Assembly (NCBI GenBank): GCA_030669305.1
Contig: DAOVDU010000002.1
Location: 318 to 64,317 of the forward strand
Length of the DNA: 64,000 nt
Direction of reading: 5' to 3'
Origin: Candidatus Aminicenantes bacterium
Lineage (GTDB): Bacteria; Acidobacteriota; Aminicenantia; Aminicenantales; Aminicenantaceae
Both the position numbers and the translations under genes were made by a program. The notes under the pieces were generated by a model. That model did no database searches. It had not been told where the DNA came from and saw only the letters and a program-made list of their open reading frames with translations. Each line of letters starts with the position of its first letter. Positions within the stretch are counted from its first letter, which is position 1. Of this stretch, positions 37,265-47,928 are shown piece after piece.

Positions 37265-38084
37265 AAAAAGCGGGTTACCGCATTATGTAGGAATGAGACA
37301 CGATGATCATTTCGTAGATCTCATATCATCAAGAAGTGCAGGGCCAAGGATACGAATGATTTCTTTGACAGAAATTGATCCAAATCCACATCAGGCGAGA
37401 AGTGAATTGGGGAATATGAAAGAGTTAATGGCTTCTATTAAGAAAAAGGGTGTTCTTGAACCGATACTTGTAAGACCTAAAGAGGGAAGATATGAAATAA
37501 TTGCAGGTGAAAGACGATATGTTGCATCACAAAGAATTGGATTGGGTGAGATTCCTTGCATAGAGATGAATGTTGAGGATAATGAAGCTATGGAATTAGC
37601 ATTGATAGAAAATCTTCAAAGAAGGGATTTAGATATGTTTGAAGAATCTGATGGTTTAAGATCACTTATTGAAATTTACGGATACAACCACAACCAGATA
37701 GCTGAAATAATTGGAAAAGCAAGATCTACAATAACAGAAATAATAAGTGTAGGAAAAATACCAAATGATATAAGAAAAATTTGTAAGCAGTTTGGGATAA
37801 CAAGCAGAAGCACTTTGGTTGAGATAGCTAAACAAAAAGACAAAGATAAAATGTTTAAGCTTATAACTGAAATAAAAGAAAGAGAATTAAGAAGAGAAGA
37901 TACGAGAGAATTATCTAAAAAGATAAAAGGAAAAACAAAAGGTTTAGGGCATTTTGTTTATAACTATAAGCCATCAAGTGCAGAATATTATAAATTAAGG
38001 ATTGAATTTAAAAGAAAAAGCGTAAGTAAGGATGAAATAATTAAGGTACTAGAAGAAATTATTAAAAGGTTAAAATCGAAATAA
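37251..38084 (+). CDS. parB: ParB/Spo0J-like protein (ParB N-terminal nuclease-like domain + HTH)
   Basis: LEPILVRP....EIIAGERRYVAS ParB box. Overlaps the parA end by 14 nt. Lys-rich C-terminus. Confidence 0.7.
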   Translation: MQRTRKSGLPHYVGMRHDDHFVDLISSRSAGPRIRMISLTEIDPNPHQARSELGNMKELMASIKKKGVLEPILVRPKEGRYEIIAGERRYVASQRIGLGEIPCIEMNVEDNEAMELALIENLQRRDLDMFEESDGLRSLIEIYGYNHNQIAEIIGKARSTITEIISVGKIPNDIRKICKQFGITSRSTLVEIAKQKDKDKMFKLITEIKERELRREDTRELSKKIKGKTKGLGHFVYNYKPSSAEYYKLRIEFKRKSVSKDEIIKVLEEIIKRLKSK

Positions 38085-38210
38085 TATAAAAGTTAATTTT
38101 TTTAAGATTAAAAAGTTAACATAATAACCCTTATGCGACGTTTTATCTTATCAAATATATCAAAATCCAATTAATTTTATTGTAAATTATTGATAATAAA
38201 GCATTAAAAT

Positions 38211-39491
38211 CTAAAGTCCTTTGCTCATTGCTCCTAAAAAGTCGGAATTTTTCTTTGTTTTCGATAATTTTTCAAGTAAAAGTTCCATTGCTTCGATTTC
38301 ACTTAGCTGGCTAAGAACTTTTCTTAGAACCCATATCCTTTTAAGATCTTGATCGTTCAACAAAAGCTCTTCTTTTCTTGTTCCTGATCGACTAATATCG
38401 ATTGCCGGGAAAAGCCTTTTGTCTACTAATCTTCTATCTAGATTGATTTCCATATTTCCTGTTCCTTTGAATTCTTCAAAAATAACTTCATCCATTCGGC
38501 TTCCTGTGTCAATGAGAGATGTTGCTATTATGGTTAAACTACCGCCTTCTTCAAGCTTTCTTGCAGATCCAAAGAATTTCTTTGGTTTATTTAGAGCGTT
38601 AGCATCTATACCTCCTGATAAAACTTTTCCAGACGGAGGAATGATTGCGTTATGGGCTCTAGCAAGACGAGTTATACTATCGAGTAAAATAGTAACATCT
38701 CTTTTAAGTTCGACTAGTCGTTTTGCCTTTTCTAGGACAATGTTTGCAACTTGAGCATTCCGTATAGGAGGCTCATCAAAAGTTGAAGCCACAACTTCCC
38801 CTTGTATGCTTCTTTGAAAATCTGTAACTTCTTCGGGTCTCTCAGCTACCAATAGAACAATCAAATATATCTCTGGATGGTTTTCTTCGATTGATTTTGC
38901 GATTGTTTTTAATAGGGTTGTCTTTCCTGCTCTAGGTGGTGAGACAATTAATCCTCTCTGGCCTTTTCCGATCGGGGTGAGCAGATCCATGACTCTAGCA
39001 TTTAAATTTTTAGAATCCGAGTCTTCTAAATTAATTTTTTCATTCGGATATAAAGGGGTTAAATTGTCAAATTTAAGATTTCTCCTGGCTTTAAATATGA
39101 AGTCAGGGTGGGAAAAGTTTATGGCTTCTATTTTAATTAGAGCAAAATATTTTTCTCCATTTTTAGGAGGACGCACAATTCCTGATATGGTATCTCCTGT
39201 TCGAAGCTGAAATTTTCTGATTTGGGAAGGAGAAACATAAATGTCATCTTGACTTGGAAGATAACTGAATTCAGGAGCTCTTAGAAATCCAAATCCGTCA
39301 TCAAGGCACTCAAGAACACCTTCAGAAAAAAGCAAACCGTTTTTTTTTGCTTGAGCTTCTAAAATCTTAAAAGAGAGATTTTGCCTGTTTGAATCATTAA
39401 TATCTTTGTCTTTGAGACCAGCTTCACTAGAAATTTTCAATAATTCATCAGTCTTTTTTTCTTCAAGCTCGGCTAAATTATAATCTTTCAT
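38211..39491 (-). CDS. rho: Transcription termination factor Rho
   Basis: [20 protein letters not shown] Walker A and an N-terminal RNA-binding domain. 426 aa. Confidence 0.9.
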   Translation of the reverse strand: MKDYNLAELEEKKTDELLKISSEAGLKDKDINDSNRQNLSFKILEAQAKKNGLLFSEGVLECLDDGFGFLRAPEFSYLPSQDDIYVSPSQIRKFQLRTGDTISGIVRPPKNGEKYFALIKIEAINFSHPDFIFKARRNLKFDNLTPLYPNEKINLEDSDSKNLNARVMDLLTPIGKGQRGLIVSPPRAGKTTLLKTIAKSIEENHPEIYLIVLLVAERPEEVTDFQRSIQGEVVASTFDEPPIRNAQVANIVLEKAKRLVELKRDVTILLDSITRLARAHNAIIPPSGKVLSGGIDANALNKPKKFFGSARKLEEGGSLTIIATSLIDTGSRMDEVIFEEFKGTGNMEINLDRRLVDKRLFPAIDISRSGTRKEELLLNDQDLKRIWVLRKVLSQLSEIEAMELLLEKLSKTKKNSDFLGAMSKGL

Positions 39492-39568
39492 TTGTTTACC
39501 TCTTTAATGGTTGATTTTGTGGTATTAATATTATATAAATTGAAAAATGTGCCTTAACTTATTAATTA

Positions 39569-41995
39569 TCAATGAGTTAAAGGTGGCTCTTGAGAGCCTT
39601 CTCCCCCATCTATTGCTTCTCTTGTTCTTGGAAGTTCTGGGGAAAGAGGAGAGGCTCCAGACTTTTTTGTAATTTTTTTTATTAGAGCAATTTTTAAAAC
39701 TTCATCCATATTTTCAACAAAGTGAATGGTAATATTATCTTTAATTTTTTTGGGAACATCTTTGAAGTCAGGCCTGTTTTTAAGAGGAAAAATGACCTCT
39801 TTAATTCCATCTCTGTGGGCAACTAATAATTTTTCTTTTATTCCTCCGACAGGTAAAACCTTTCCTTTTAGAGTAATCTCTCCACTCATGGCTATTTTTT
39901 TGCTCACTGGAATTCCCGTTAGAAGAGAAATAATAGAGGTTGCAAGTGTTATCCCTGCTGAAGGCCCTTCCTTAGGTATGGCTCCTTCAGGAACATGAAC
40001 ATGGATATCGAAGTTTTTATGTAAATCTTTAGCGATATTCAGTTCAAACATTTTTCCTCGAACATAACTAAATGCAGTTTGAGCAGATTCCTGCATGATT
40101 TCCCCGAGCTGACCGGTTAGAATGAAATTTCCCTTTCCGTAGACTTTAGTAACCTCGAAAGTTAAGAGTTCTCCGCCAAATTCAGTCCAGGCCATACCAA
40201 CGGCAACACCTATTTCGTCTTTTTTATCTATCTCTGACCGTTTAAATCTTGGGATACCTAAATATTTTTCCAAATTTTTGGGCGTTACTATCTCTTTATA
40301 ATCTTTCCCTTTTGTGACAACTTTCTTCACAATTTTACGGCATATTGAACCTATTTCGCGCTCTATATTCCTGACTCCTGCCTCTCTGGTGTACTCACAA
40401 ATGAGTTTCTTAATGGCTTGATCAGTGATTTTGATCTTATGATCTTTGAGGCCATGAGCTTTCAACTGTTTTGGTAAGAGAAAGTGTTTAGCGATCTGTT
40501 GTTTTTCATCCTCTGTGTAGCCTGGAATTCGAATAACTTCCATTCTGTCTAACAAAGGTTTAGGGACAGGATCGATTATATTCGCTGTTACTATAAACAT
40601 GACTTGAGAAAGGTCAAAATCGGTGTCAATATAGTGATCTAAAAAAGTACTGTTTTGTTCAGGGTCTAAAACTTCCATCAATGCTGAGGCAGGGTCTCCT
40701 CTGAAATCCATACTCATTTTATCCACTTCGTCGAGCAGAAAGACTGGATTTTTGTATCCAGCCCTTTTAATCATCTGAATTATTCTTCCAGGATAAGCTC
40801 CAATGTAAGTCCTTCTATGTCCCCTGATTTCAGCTTCATCCCTAACTCCCCCTAACGATAAACGAACAAATTTTCTTCCTGTTGCGCGGGCAATAGAATG
40901 GCCAAGAGAGCTCTTCCCTACCCCGGGAGGCCCTATAAAGCCTAAGATGAGACCTTTTGGATTTCTTACAAGCTGTCTAATGGAAAGATATTCTAAAATC
41001 CTTTCTTTAACTTTTTCTAATCCATGGTGATCTTCATTCAAGATTTTTTCCGCCTCTTTCAAGTTTCTTTTTTCTCTAGATTTTTTGTTCCAGGGTAAAA
41101 AAATGAGCCAGTCTAGATAATTGCGGCATACCGTTGCTTCTGCGGACATAGGGGGCATCGCTTCTAACCGTTCAATCTCTTTGTTGGCTTTTTCTTCAGC
41201 GTCCTTTGGCATTTTGGATTTCGCAACATTTTTTCGGAATTCTACTATTTCATTTTGTTGATCTTCTTTTTTGAAATTTAAACCCGAGGGGAATATTTTT
41301 TGTCCTGGTTCCCTAAAAGGAAGCTTGTTGCGGGCAGGTTTTTTGCCATCTTTTCCTAATTTTGAATGAATCTTTAAAATCTCATTTTCTAGAACAAAGT
41401 TAAGTCTTCGCATTCTTTCAAGGGAGTTTATAGTCTCAAGTAGATTTTGTTTTTCATCTAGGGGTAAGTACATGTGAGATGATATAATATCGGCGATTCT
41501 GCCTGGATTATTGTCCCTTAAAGCTGGTATGATTGACTCGAGGTTTGCATTTTGGCTAAGCTTTAAATAATCCTCAAAGAGAGTCAAGACTCTTTTTAAA
41601 ATCTCTCTTATCTCTACACTGTCGCATTCAACTTCTTTTACTTCTTTTGCAAGAACTTGGTAAAAGGGATATGTGCTTAGATATTCAAGGATTCGGGCTC
41701 TATTTTTCCCTTCAACGATGACTTTAATATTCTTATCATCCATTTTGATCGCACGGATAATCTTTGCATTTACTCCCATAGAATGAATATCTCTCGGGCG
41801 GGGGTTATCTAAAGAAGGATCCATCTGTGCTGATAGAAAAACAGTCTTATCTTTTTTTGAGGCTCTCTCAATTGCCTGGATTGAAGAAGGGCGGCCTATG
41901 ATAAAAGGCACAAGTGTTGAGGGGAAAACCACAAGGTCCCTCAAGGGAATTAAAGGAATGTTTTTGATGATTTCAGAGTTATTTTTTGTTTGCAT
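39569..41995 (-). CDS. lon: ATP-dependent protease Lon
   Basis: Lon N-domain, AAA+ motif GPPGVGKSSLG, and protease-domain active-site KDGPSAGIT-like PKEGPSAGITLATS. 808 aa. Confidence 0.9.
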   Translation of the reverse strand: MQTKNNSEIIKNIPLIPLRDLVVFPSTLVPFIIGRPSSIQAIERASKKDKTVFLSAQMDPSLDNPRPRDIHSMGVNAKIIRAIKMDDKNIKVIVEGKNRARILEYLSTYPFYQVLAKEVKEVECDSVEIREILKRVLTLFEDYLKLSQNANLESIIPALRDNNPGRIADIISSHMYLPLDEKQNLLETINSLERMRRLNFVLENEILKIHSKLGKDGKKPARNKLPFREPGQKIFPSGLNFKKEDQQNEIVEFRKNVAKSKMPKDAEEKANKEIERLEAMPPMSAEATVCRNYLDWLIFLPWNKKSREKRNLKEAEKILNEDHHGLEKVKERILEYLSIRQLVRNPKGLILGFIGPPGVGKSSLGHSIARATGRKFVRLSLGGVRDEAEIRGHRRTYIGAYPGRIIQMIKRAGYKNPVFLLDEVDKMSMDFRGDPASALMEVLDPEQNSTFLDHYIDTDFDLSQVMFIVTANIIDPVPKPLLDRMEVIRIPGYTEDEKQQIAKHFLLPKQLKAHGLKDHKIKITDQAIKKLICEYTREAGVRNIEREIGSICRKIVKKVVTKGKDYKEIVTPKNLEKYLGIPRFKRSEIDKKDEIGVAVGMAWTEFGGELLTFEVTKVYGKGNFILTGQLGEIMQESAQTAFSYVRGKMFELNIAKDLHKNFDIHVHVPEGAIPKEGPSAGITLATSIISLLTGIPVSKKIAMSGEITLKGKVLPVGGIKEKLLVAHRDGIKEVIFPLKNRPDFKDVPKKIKDNITIHFVENMDEVLKIALIKKITKKSGASPLSPELPRTREAIDGGEGSQEPPLTH

Positions 41996-42184
41996 GTTTA
42001 TACTCCGACTGCTTTTATCATGCTATAAAAATCCGTTTCACTCTTTTCAACTATTTTCTCTGTTATTTTAAGTGCGGTGTTTATATTTTTGTTGATTGCT
42101 CTTACACATGGTTGCTCTATTAATTTAGCTTTTTCCTTCTTGATCTATCATAATGGGGATAAATTAAAATCATGAGGAAACTAG

Positions 42185-43444
42185 TTATTCTATTATAGCG
42201 CATTCAACTAAAAAGTCAACTGTCTTTTTGATAAGTATATTGTCTCGCAATTCCTCTTTTTTTCCCTCTTTGTTAATACTATCAATAACTTGTGCTAAAG
42301 AAACATTATTAGTTTCTGCAATAGCTCTTAATTCTTCAGTAATTTCTTCTTCAGATACCTTTAAATTTTCATTTTCAGATATTTTTCTCAAAACTAAATG
42401 ATTTTTTAGATTTTTCTCTGCTTTCTTCTTCGCTTCACTTTTTAAATTTTCAATATCTTCTTTCTTTAAGCTCTGTTGAGGTTGTGAAGAGAGAAATTGT
42501 CTTAAAACAGATAACTGCTCCTGTTGGATTATTATCTCTGGTAATTCGAAAGATAATTTCTCGGAGATATTTTCAACAATTTCCTCTGCTATTTCTCTCT
42601 TCACAATACTTTCCTTCGATGAAATAAGATCCTTGTTAATTTTCGTTTTTAATTCTTTTAAGCTTTCAAATTCTCCAAGATCTTTGGCGAAGTCATCGTT
42701 AATTTCCGGGAGGCTTTTTTCTTTAATCGAAATGACTTTTAGATTATATTCGATTTTCTTTCCTGCTAACTTTTTGTTCTGATGATCCTTACCATAGTGA
42801 ATAGTAAAATTGGTTTCTTCGTTTTCTTTTAGTCCTATCAGGCTTTCGTTTAATATTTTTTCATTTTCTATATGACCAGCAAGTATGACTACCTTTTCTG
42901 TAGGAAGGTGTTTTTTTGTCTTTGTGTCTTTTCCCTTTATTTCAGCCACTACGTAATCTTCTTCAGCCACTCCCCTTCCCTCAACTGGTATGTATTGGGC
43001 TGATTTTAGCCTGAGTTCTTCTAAAGATTCGTTCACTTCTTTCTCTGAAACTGAAGTTATTTTCTTTTTTACTTTAATGTTTTTATACTCTGGAAGGCCA
43101 AACTCTGGCCATACTTCAAATTGCGCTTTGAATCGAAGAGGATGTCCTTCTTTGAAAGAAAAGTCATTGATTATAGGCATTCCTGCAAGGCTGAGATTTA
43201 ATGCTTTAAGCTCGTTATTCAAAGCCTTTGGCGCAAGAGAATTAATAAGAGATTCTTTTATTTCGGAATAATACATGCGTTTTATGATTTCTTTAGGGGC
43301 TTTTCCAGGCCTGAACCCTCGAATTTTTGATCTGGTTGAATACTGAACGATAATTTTTTCGAATTCTTCTGTGACTTCGTTTTCTGGGATTTCTAGTTCG
43401 ATTTCTCTTTTACATTCACTGAGTTTTTTTACATTTGATTTCAT
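42185..43444 (-). CDS. tig: Trigger factor
   Basis: N-terminal ribosome-binding domain (..EIELEIP..), central PPIase-like region and a C-terminal helical arm. 419 aa. Sits next to tRNA-Leu as in many bacteria. Confidence 0.85.
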   Translation of the reverse strand: MKSNVKKLSECKREIELEIPENEVTEEFEKIIVQYSTRSKIRGFRPGKAPKEIIKRMYYSEIKESLINSLAPKALNNELKALNLSLAGMPIINDFSFKEGHPLRFKAQFEVWPEFGLPEYKNIKVKKKITSVSEKEVNESLEELRLKSAQYIPVEGRGVAEEDYVVAEIKGKDTKTKKHLPTEKVVILAGHIENEKILNESLIGLKENEETNFTIHYGKDHQNKKLAGKKIEYNLKVISIKEKSLPEINDDFAKDLGEFESLKELKTKINKDLISSKESIVKREIAEEIVENISEKLSFELPEIIIQQEQLSVLRQFLSSQPQQSLKKEDIENLKSEAKKKAEKNLKNHLVLRKISENENLKVSEEEITEELRAIAETNNVSLAQVIDSINKEGKKEELRDNILIKKTVDFLVECAIIE

Positions 43445-43489
43445 TTTATAATTAAATTTTTCCTATTTTTTAACGAAATATAATAAAAA

Positions 43490-43574
43490 TGGGCAGAGCG
43501 GGACTCGAACCCGCACTCCTTCAACAGGAACTAGGTCCTAAGCCTAGCGCGTATGCCAATTTCGCCACCTGCCC
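43490..43574 (-). tRNA. tRNA-Leu, anticodon TAG (class II with long variable arm)
   Basis: Minus-strand sequence GGGCAGGTGGCGAAATTGGCATACGCGCTAGGCTTAGGACCTAG..GCGGGTTCGAGTCCCGCTCTGCCCA folds as a cloverleaf. Anticodon loop is CTTAGGA. T-loop is GTTCGAGTC. 7-bp acceptor stem. No encoded CCA. Confidence 0.8.
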
Positions 43575-43819
43575 TTAGTTTTGTTTTGATATTTATATTA
43601 AATAGAGACAATAATTTAGGCTCCAAATCACGTTGCTTTAATGAGATGAGGTTTAATTATGAAATTTGAGGCCTGATAATAGTATCTATTCCTACCATAA
43701 TCTTGAACTTTTGTCAAATTCCACATAAATTTAGTCAGTTTTAATTTAGTTTTTAGCTCCCTTCTTCTCTTTTTGCGTTTTATTTTTCTCCTTACTCCTC
43801 ACCCATTACTTAAATCTAA

Positions 43820-43900
43820 GTTTTGAGATTTGAGTTTATTTTACCTTAAACCTTCAACATTAAACCAAATATGTTTTGATTTTCTGCTTACGGCTTAAGA
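43820..43900. repeat. About 80-nt 3'-flank repeat, copy 1 (copy 2 at 45011-45099)
   Basis: gttttgag(atttgag)tttattttaccttaaaccttcaacattaaacc...aaatatgttttg.ttt.c..tacggctta occurs immediately 3' of both 43904-44911 and 45101-46513. Confidence 0.75.
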
Positions 43901-43903
43901 AAT

Positions 43904-44911
43904 TTAGAGCGTAACCGAAGTAGGAGCTAGATCTTTCATAACTTTAATACCCGAAGGAGCCTCTACTGCCTTAGGGATAGTATTAATAGTCACGGCTACT
44001 GTTCCGATATCTCCGTTAACTCCCCCGATGATCTTTTCATGAAGGTTAGGGACTCCTTTGATAATTATTTCATCATATTCTTCATCAACATCAGCATTGG
44101 CGTTGAATTCGAGAGTGATGATTTCTTTGCCTTTTTTCTTACCGAAAGCTATACTTTTTAATCCTATAACATTACCTGCCTTGACGGTACCTAAACCTGT
44201 ATTTATTTCTCTATCGCTTATGAATGGTTCAGGAAGTAGTTCTGTAGCTTCATCAAGTTCCAAACCAAGCCCTTCAGCAATCATGTTGATAGATTCCAGA
44301 AGTCCAACATGTCCGGTGATAATCTTATTGTCAATTTTTTTCCTGAATTCTTCTTGGGTCAATCCTGTTCCGATTTTAACCTGGAAAGGAATGCGCCTTT
44401 TTGCTGAATTCATCGATCGTGTGACTTTAATGGAATCAACCTTGAGACATGGCGCAGTTAGAATTAGAGGAAGGGTATCCATTAAATAACCTGGATTAAT
44501 ACCTGTACCTACAACAGTGACCCCATGCTTTTTTGCCAGTTTGTCGATCTTTTGAGCAAGCTCTGGAGAACGCTTCCAAGGAAAAGAGAGTTCCTCACAG
44601 GTGGAGATAATATTTAATCTTGCTTTTACACACTGAGTTATCTGAGGAAGAATGCTCTTGAGATGAGAAGTCGTTGTAAGCAAAACAGCATGAGCATAAA
44701 CTTTTGAAAAGAGTGAATTGGCATCTTTTTCAATAGTAATGCCCAATTTTTTTGGGGAGTCAAGAATTTCTCCTAATTCCATTCCAACAAGCTTAGGGTC
44801 TATATCTACAGCTCCGACAATCTCAAAACTTTTTTTATCTAAAAGAGCTTCAGTGATTTTGCGGCCCATGACACCACATCCATAAATTATAACGTTAATT
44901 TTTTTTATCAA
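43904..44911 (-). CDS. NAD(P)-dependent oxidoreductase, DapB-like/amine-dehydrogenase-like Rossmann protein
   Basis: N-terminal IIYGCGVMGRKI Rossmann motif. 335 aa. Family assignment is tentative. Confidence 0.45.
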   Translation of the reverse strand: MIKKINVIIYGCGVMGRKITEALLDKKSFEIVGAVDIDPKLVGMELGEILDSPKKLGITIEKDANSLFSKVYAHAVLLTTTSHLKSILPQITQCVKARLNIISTCEELSFPWKRSPELAQKIDKLAKKHGVTVVGTGINPGYLMDTLPLILTAPCLKVDSIKVTRSMNSAKRRIPFQVKIGTGLTQEEFRKKIDNKIITGHVGLLESINMIAEGLGLELDEATELLPEPFISDREINTGLGTVKAGNVIGLKSIAFGKKKGKEIITLEFNANADVDEEYDEIIIKGVPNLHEKIIGGVNGDIGTVAVTINTIPKAVEAPSGIKVMKDLAPTSVTL

Positions 44912-45010
44912 TTTTCCTCCTATTACGGTCTATTCAGTCTATATAAACAAGACAGGTAAGAGAAAAAACCAGTTTTTGTTCCTTGCTATTCATTCCTTGC
45001 TTCTCATTTT

Positions 45011-45099
45011 TTAACAAGTTTTGAGTTTATTTTACCTTAAACCTTCAACATTAAACCTTAAACTAAATATGTTTTGTTTTTTCGGTTTACTACTCACGG
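45011..45099. repeat. About 80-nt 3'-flank repeat, copy 2
   Basis: See 43820-43900. Confidence 0.75.
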
Positions 45100-45100
45100 C

Positions 45101-46513
45101 TTACGGCTTACTAAGATGTAAGTTGTATTTATGCCATTTCTTGACTATCCTTTCCACAGCATCCAGTGAAGCTTGAATTTCGCTTTCAGTGTGAGCATAA
45201 GAGATTGCACCATAACCGTGAAAGATGTTGAATCCTTCTTCGAGCATAGCTAATTTAAAAACTTTCTCCCTTATTTCACAATCGCAAACTTCTGGGTTCC
45301 AAACCTGATCAGGAGATGTAATCCGATCAATATGTTCATGAAGAAAATGCACGCCGATAAGGGAGCTGTGTTTAGTGATATTATCGCCGTAACCAGTGCA
45401 CTTCACGTTGAATCCGTAAGTCGAAAATACCTCTTGAATTCCTTTGCGGACTTTTGCTCCCAGGTGTCCTATTTTCGGATATATTTCATTCTCATGTTCC
45501 ATCAGATATTTAATAAATGTGATTCCAGCAAATAAAGAAGCCGGATGGGCGGAAAAAGTTCCGCCTTCAAACTTAACTTTTTCATCAGGTTTTGCTTCAG
45601 GGCTGCAGAGGGCCATTATATCATTCTTTCCTGCAATTGCACTGACTGGCATCCCGCCTCCAATAGCTTTCCCAAAAACCGATAGATCTGACTTGATGCC
45701 ATATAAGGTTTGAATGCTTCCAGCATGAAATCGAAGCCCTGATACAACTTCGTCTAATATGAGTAATGTTTTAAATCGGCTGGTTAATTCTCTGGCTCTC
45801 TGTATATATTTTTTATGGCCAAATATAAAGCCTCCAGCGCCCATAAAAGGTTCCACAATTAAGCAGGCAATTCGTTCTCCGTATTTTCTGAATTTTTCTT
45901 CAAGGTCTTCAATATCATTAAATTTGGTCATGATTATCGAGGAATCAATTCCTATGGGAAGTCCTGCAGATTCTAATTGATTTAAGCCCTGTTTGTAGAT
46001 TGATATTCCTTTTAATAAAAAGGGCTGGGAACCATGCCAACCTCCTCCTACTTTCATCACCAAATCTCTCTTTGTAAAAGCTTTGGACAACATGATGGCA
46101 TACATCGAGGCTAAAGTACCGCTTGTAGTAAAGCGGATCTTATCTGCATCAATTCTCTTGAGTATCAATTGTGCCAATTCCTTTTGGTAGATACCCGGGA
46201 ACCCGGTTGCTAACCCTTCTCCTTTTTTAAAATACTCGAGTAAAGTATCGAGGACTATTTTTGGATTATGCCCTAAGATATTGGCAAAATGCCCTTGCCA
46301 AAAATCTATATAGGTATTTCCGTCTATATCTGTAACTTTAGAACCGCTGCAAAAGACATCATAGAAAGGGAAAGGAGCAAAAAAACGAAGATTATGGCTT
46401 CCTCCTATGATTAGGTATTGGCTGCTTTCCTTGAAAAGCGCCTTAGATTTTTTATGACTCTGAATATAGTGTTCGATGAGTTTATTCATAATGCTTTTTT
46501 TATTCATGTTCAT
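45101..46513 (-). CDS. Class III PLP-dependent aminotransferase family (GSA-aminomutase/racemase-like)
   Basis: Typical class III layout (..FWQGHFANILGH.., ILDEVVSGLRFH.., GKAIGGGMP). 470 aa. Confidence 0.8.
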   Translation of the reverse strand: MNMNKKSIMNKLIEHYIQSHKKSKALFKESSQYLIIGGSHNLRFFAPFPFYDVFCSGSKVTDIDGNTYIDFWQGHFANILGHNPKIVLDTLLEYFKKGEGLATGFPGIYQKELAQLILKRIDADKIRFTTSGTLASMYAIMLSKAFTKRDLVMKVGGGWHGSQPFLLKGISIYKQGLNQLESAGLPIGIDSSIIMTKFNDIEDLEEKFRKYGERIACLIVEPFMGAGGFIFGHKKYIQRARELTSRFKTLLILDEVVSGLRFHAGSIQTLYGIKSDLSVFGKAIGGGMPVSAIAGKNDIMALCSPEAKPDEKVKFEGGTFSAHPASLFAGITFIKYLMEHENEIYPKIGHLGAKVRKGIQEVFSTYGFNVKCTGYGDNITKHSSLIGVHFLHEHIDRITSPDQVWNPEVCDCEIREKVFKLAMLEEGFNIFHGYGAISYAHTESEIQASLDAVERIVKKWHKYNLHLSKP

Positions 46514-46579
46514 TCCAATATTTAAATAGCCTCTATATTTATACTAATTGCCAATAGTATCACAAAGTCATTTGTAATT

Positions 46580-47689
46580 TTAAGGTTTAAATACTTCGTG
46601 TTTTAGAGTGGCCTTCTTGATTCTATTCTCCTGGGGTGATACACCTATTCCTGGTGAATTTGGAACCTTAATCGTTCCCTGACTGGATATTTTAATATCT
46701 GGCTCGATTAAATCTTCCGCATAGTATCTTTTGCTAGCTGAAAGATCATTGGGAAATTTGAAATTCTGCAGTGTGGCAAGATGAAGGTTATGTGCGCGGC
46801 CTATTCCAGACTCAAGCATACCACCGCACCAGACAGGGAGAGAATTTTCCTGGCAGAAATCATGAATCTTTATTGCCTCAACAATCCCTCCTACTCGTCC
46901 GGCCTTTATGTTTATGATCCGACAACTCCCCATCTCATAGGCTTTTCGAACAGAATCTGCAGAAAGTGCACTCTCATCAAGACACAGCGGTGTCTTCATC
47001 TCCATCTGTAATCTACTGTGATCCCACAAATCATAAGGCGGAAAAGGCTGCTCAAGCATCAATAGATTGAATGCATCCAGTTTTTTTAGGATTTCTTTTT
47101 CATTAAAGCTGTAAGCTCCGTTGGCATCTGCTTGAAGGAGAATATCAGGAAATTCTTTCCGTATTTCATTGCAGATATCAATATCCCAACCTGGCTTAAT
47201 CTTGATTTTAATTCTCTGATAGCCTTGGTTAAGAAACAAATGAATTCTTTCTAAAAGTTGAGTGACAGAATCCTGAATCCCTACACTGACTCCAGATGGA
47301 ATTTCTGTTTTTATGCCTCCATAAACCTTCCACAGTGGGTGATTTTCTTTCTTGGCTTGAAGGTCCCATAGGGCAAGTTCAAGTCCGGCTTTAGCCATGG
47401 GATGTCCTTTGTATTTTTTTACGCCTTCATAAAACTCCTGAGGATGAATAATGGATTTTTTAAACACATAGGGAATCAAATAATCCTTCAAGAGAAGCCA
47501 TGCGGTTGAAGTCGTCTCGTAACTATACAAGGGATCTGTTTCGGCTACTACCTCTCCATACCCACAAATTCCTTCAGCATAAGCCTTTACAAGGATGAAG
47601 GTCCGCTCTTCTTCTCGGCCAAAGCTTGTTTCAAAAAAATGAACAAAGGGAAGCTTTAAAAGTGATAATTCAATCCTCTCAATTTTCAT
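46580..47689 (-). CDS. Enolase-superfamily enzyme, MR/MLE family (OSBS / N-acylamino-acid racemase / dipeptide epimerase-like)
   Basis: N-terminal capping domain MKIERIELSLLKLPF..., KIK..., and the metal-ligand region DANGAY..EQP. 369 aa. Confidence 0.8.
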   Translation of the reverse strand: MKIERIELSLLKLPFVHFFETSFGREEERTFILVKAYAEGICGYGEVVAETDPLYSYETTSTAWLLLKDYLIPYVFKKSIIHPQEFYEGVKKYKGHPMAKAGLELALWDLQAKKENHPLWKVYGGIKTEIPSGVSVGIQDSVTQLLERIHLFLNQGYQRIKIKIKPGWDIDICNEIRKEFPDILLQADANGAYSFNEKEILKKLDAFNLLMLEQPFPPYDLWDHSRLQMEMKTPLCLDESALSADSVRKAYEMGSCRIINIKAGRVGGIVEAIKIHDFCQENSLPVWCGGMLESGIGRAHNLHLATLQNFKFPNDLSASKRYYAEDLIEPDIKISSQGTIKVPNSPGIGVSPQENRIKKATLKHEVFKP

Positions 47690-47928
47690 CTCAATCCCGC
47701 TTTTTTCCTATCTGATAAAGCCTTTTTTTTCCTTCAGTGCTTTTTCTTTCACTTTGCTAGAACATAGTAACCGGGTCAAAAGAGATGATGTAAAATACCC
47801 CAGTTTTTACATGTACGAGTAAATAATTTTATCAGCATAAAATCAGCAGGAAAAATCTCACATATAATCTTAAAGCTTTGTTTCCATATGGATATCAGAA
47901 ATATTTCGCTGTAAACCCTAGATCCTGA

